Assembly: GCA_963675495.1 (NCBI GenBank)
Contig: OY776215.1
Coordinates: 256,001-320,000 of the forward strand
Length of the DNA stretch: 64,000 nt
Source: an uncultured Methanolobus sp.
GTDB taxonomy: Archaea; Halobacteriota; Methanosarcinia; Methanosarcinales; Methanosarcinaceae
Direction of reading: 5' to 3'
Shown: piece after piece, positions 61,532 to 64,000 of the stretch
Layout: each line of letters opens with the position of its first letter
Numbering within the stretch: the stretch's first letter is position 1
Program-made: the position numbers and the translations under genes
Notes under the pieces: generated by a model
The model's database searches: none
What the model saw: only the letters and a program-made list of their open reading frames with translations
Told to the model about the DNA's origin: nothing

Positions 61532-62311
61532 TCAATCAAGGCCTCTTTTACCAGGAATTATGCTTTCTTCAACTGGTTTTCCATAGGGACATATCAAGTT
61601 GCATATTGTACACTCCATGAATCCCCTTTCTGTTATACGACGTATGTGTTTCTCATTTTGAGGAGAAATGTCTTTGTCAAATTCATGGGAAACTACACAT
61701 TTGTCGTAAATGACTTTCTTTCCAGGTTCTACCCCTTGGGAAGGGCCGGGAATGATAGCCTGATAGGGACAACTTTTAACACACAGAGACTGTTCCTGAC
61801 AAAGTGGTTGTTCTGCACACAGATCCCGTTCAAAAGGTTCATCGGGCTCAAGTTCTGCATCTGTTAATACTGTTACCCACCTAACTCTTGGTCCATATTC
61901 AGGAGTTATAACCTGAGTATTATGTCCTATAAATCCCAATCCTGCAAGATATGCAGCAACCTTTTCATGAACTGCATGGGATGGAACCGCTTTGTATCCC
62001 TTTTCAGTTAACCAAGAAATCAAACGCCATGCACGGGTTTCGGTTACTTCGTAGTACAAATTGTAATAGTCAGCTTCCCCTCCAGAGAAATCCCCCGTAC
62101 TTACAGATGATATCGCTGCATTTAGGCCTTCGTCCCAGAGAACTAAACCCATTACAAATGCAGATTTAGCTTCAGGCATTACTTCAGAGGGCCTAACCAT
62201 CCCTCTATCAGTCGGGAAATCAACCTTTTCCAGTTTTTTGATATCTGAAACACCAAAAAGTTGGAAACCTTCTTGGAAAGCACGGTCTTGAATTTCTTCT
62301 TTTAAGGTCAT
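61532..62311 (-). CDS. QueG/reductive-dehalogenase-like double [4Fe-4S] protein
   Basis: AAYLAGLGFIG..ITPEYGPRVR..VLTD; Cx5Cx5Cx3CP and C..CxxCxxxCP motifs. Confidence 0.8.
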   Translation of the reverse strand: MTLKEEIQDRAFQEGFQLFGVSDIKKLEKVDFPTDRGMVRPSEVMPEAKSAFVMGLVLWDEGLNAAISSVSTGDFSGGEADYYNLYYEVTETRAWRLISWLTEKGYKAVPSHAVHEKVAAYLAGLGFIGHNTQVITPEYGPRVRWVTVLTDAELEPDEPFERDLCAEQPLCQEQSLCVKSCPYQAIIPGPSQGVEPGKKVIYDKCVVSHEFDKDISPQNEKHIRRITERGFMECTICNLICPYGKPVEESIIPGKRGLD

Positions 62312-62392
62312 TTTATCCTCCATTTTCCCATCACAAGTATTCTAACAGAAAATAAAGCTATATCAACAGGATATTTTGTGTCAACTATATAT

Positions 62393-62881
62393 AAACCTTA
62401 TGCAAGTAGCAATTTCCAATGGCATAAGCGATTATGGGAAGACATTCTCAGGGTTCATTTCCATCCTGAAGAGCTGCCTGATGTGTTAGAGAATAGACTA
62501 CAATACAGGAGATGAACTACAAGGAAGGGAATACTGGAAGCCATTAAGTGATGTGTTCCTTGATTACATCGACCATCCTGAAGCTAAATTTGAAGGGGAT
62601 ACTGGGATTTTGAAAAGAAGGAATCTCAAACCCAATGGATGCGTGTATATAGGCAAAGAAGCAACAAGGTTGAAATGCAGGAGCTTGAGAGCAACACTGT
62701 TGAGATGTATCATGATACTGAAAAGATACGGGAGTTTGTTCTGGGTTTAACACCTGCTGAAGCTAGGGAGATTGGAATAAAGTATAGGAGTACATTGAAG
62801 AAATTAAAGGATAGGGTGAGAGAGGATGCCTTCAATATGAATACGAAGGAGATGAGGAAAGTATTGGGATATTTACCTTGA
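62393..62881 (+). pseudogene. Fragmented C-terminus of a family B DNA polymerase of casposon/self-synthesizing element type
   Basis: WHKRLWEDILRVHF // IDYNTGDELQGREYWKPLSDVFLDYIDHPEAKFEG..GILKRR...YIGKEA / KVEMQE...; two frame breaks. Confidence 0.6.
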
Positions 62882-63028
62882 ACAATTATGTCATAGAAAT
62901 ATTATATATGTTTAACTTCCCAAAAAATAAGTATTAATAGGTATGAATAACCTATATTATTAATTAATTAATTAATTAATTTAAGATGATGCATGTAATA
63001 TTAGTGACTTGGATAGGACGTGAAGTGA

Positions 63029-63814
63029 ATGATGAAACCATTGCTGGATGTTATCTTTAATTCTAGAAAAAGAAGAGATACACTTATACTGTTGCAAGAA
63101 GCCCCGCAGGAAATGGAGTATCTTCTTAAGTCACTGGACACAAATAGGCAGGCTTTACTACCCCAAGTTAAGATTTTGGAAAATCACTATCTTGTTACCA
63201 AATCTGATGATGTTTATGGGTTAACAAAAATTGGAAAACTAATTGTTGATGAAGTGAAGCCTTTATTGGACACAACAAGTTTCTTTGATACTGATCTTGA
63301 TTACTGGGGAACCCATGACCTTAATTTTATTCCACCATATCTTTTATCGAGGATTCATGAGCTTTCTCCATTTAGGGTAATCTCAAATATACCTCCTATG
63401 CAAATATATGAACCAAGTGAGAATGTTCTTGAAAAAGCAAAACATTCTAAAGTTCAGACATCTGTAACTACATTTCTTTTTCCCAACTTTGCATCGATAC
63501 TTAAGGACTTCACTGAAAGTGGAGTTAAGATGCGTTTGATAGTTACCCAAGAACTCCTTTCCAAAATAAGAAATGAGATGGAAGAGATAAGAGTCCTTTT
63601 AAATAATGGTGACCACGAAGTATTCCTGTGCTCTAAAGAAATGAATTTCGCGTCTTTTGGCACTAACGATTTTTGCTTTATGATGAGGGCATTAACCAAA
63701 AAAGGAGATTACGATATGAAATACATAGTGACTTGCAAACCTTCTGCAATTCAGTGGGGAAATGAACTATTTGATTGTTACCTGAAAGAATCAACGCCAA
63801 TAACCGTAATTTAG
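63029..63814 (+). CDS. Winged-helix regulator with DUF1724 domain (paralog of 45882-46667)
   Basis: SRKRRDTLILL, RQALLPQVKIL, YWGTHDLNFIPP, WGNELF. Confidence 0.82.
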   Translation: MMKPLLDVIFNSRKRRDTLILLQEAPQEMEYLLKSLDTNRQALLPQVKILENHYLVTKSDDVYGLTKIGKLIVDEVKPLLDTTSFFDTDLDYWGTHDLNFIPPYLLSRIHELSPFRVISNIPPMQIYEPSENVLEKAKHSKVQTSVTTFLFPNFASILKDFTESGVKMRLIVTQELLSKIRNEMEEIRVLLNNGDHEVFLCSKEMNFASFGTNDFCFMMRALTKKGDYDMKYIVTCKPSAIQWGNELFDCYLKESTPITVI

Positions 63815-63896
63815 TAATTAATATTTTGTTTATTACTAAATTCAAATCATAATTATCAGCGTACACTTTTCAGATATTTCCAAGCTATATTCACAA

Positions 63897-64000
63897 TCAG
63901 TTCTGGCTTTCTTTAGCACCTATGAAGGTTATCCATAGCACCCATATAAGCTCACCTATTGTGAAAGCATCAACGTAGGCCGGCACAGATCCTATAAGGA
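63897..64000 (-). CDS. 3' end of a third DUF4386-like membrane protein (partial)
   Basis: LIGSVPAYVDAFTIGELIWVLWITFIGAKESQN* matches the GEL..LW C-terminal motif of the two paralogs. Confidence 0.6.
   Translation of the reverse strand, partial: LIGSVPAYVDAFTIGELIWVLWITFIGAKESQN

Noticed and set aside
1-64000. Pyrrolysine (TAG read-through) genes
   Set aside because: The TAG-terminated ORFs I checked (9479, 37067, 63814) end at natural family C-termini with no convincing continuation; no methylamine methyltransferase or pyl genes are present
1-64000. CRISPR array, tRNA, rRNA, intact IS or integrase
   Set aside because: No regularly spaced repeats, cloverleaf/T-loop signatures or transposase motifs seen by eye

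Overview
AT-rich archaeal chromosome segment, almost certainly from a methylotrophic Methanosarcinaceae methanogen (Methanolobus/Methanococcoides-like). The evidence is a form II/III RuBisCO with the 29-aa assembly insertion, a single-TRAM protein, a PEF-CTERM protein, DUF1638 and DUF1724 genes, and archaeal TATA/GGTGA signals. It holds about 60 intact CDS, mostly accessory and apparently acquired from bacteria: ornithine decarboxylase, a rimB-rimK-AstE/AspA operon, KefF/KefC, hcp, an EncFtn-like ferritin and radical SAM enzymes. I also found several pseudogenes missing from the ORF track. I found no rRNA, tRNA, CRISPR array or intact transposase/integrase. The best leads are: (1) a Pseudomonas-like RimB-RimK-deacylase operon in a cell with no bacterial S6 target; (2) an FGE/C-type-lectin-fold gene whose 3' end looks like a DGR variable repeat; (3) a decayed casposon-type PolB relic; (4) an RPH-architecture dikinase coupled to a split-barrel flavoprotein; (5) a structured intergenic sRNA candidate near 16.1-16.3 kb; (6) an orphan encapsulin-type ferritin; (7) a KefC with an altered glutathione site. 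All family calls come from motif recognition by eye, not from database searches.
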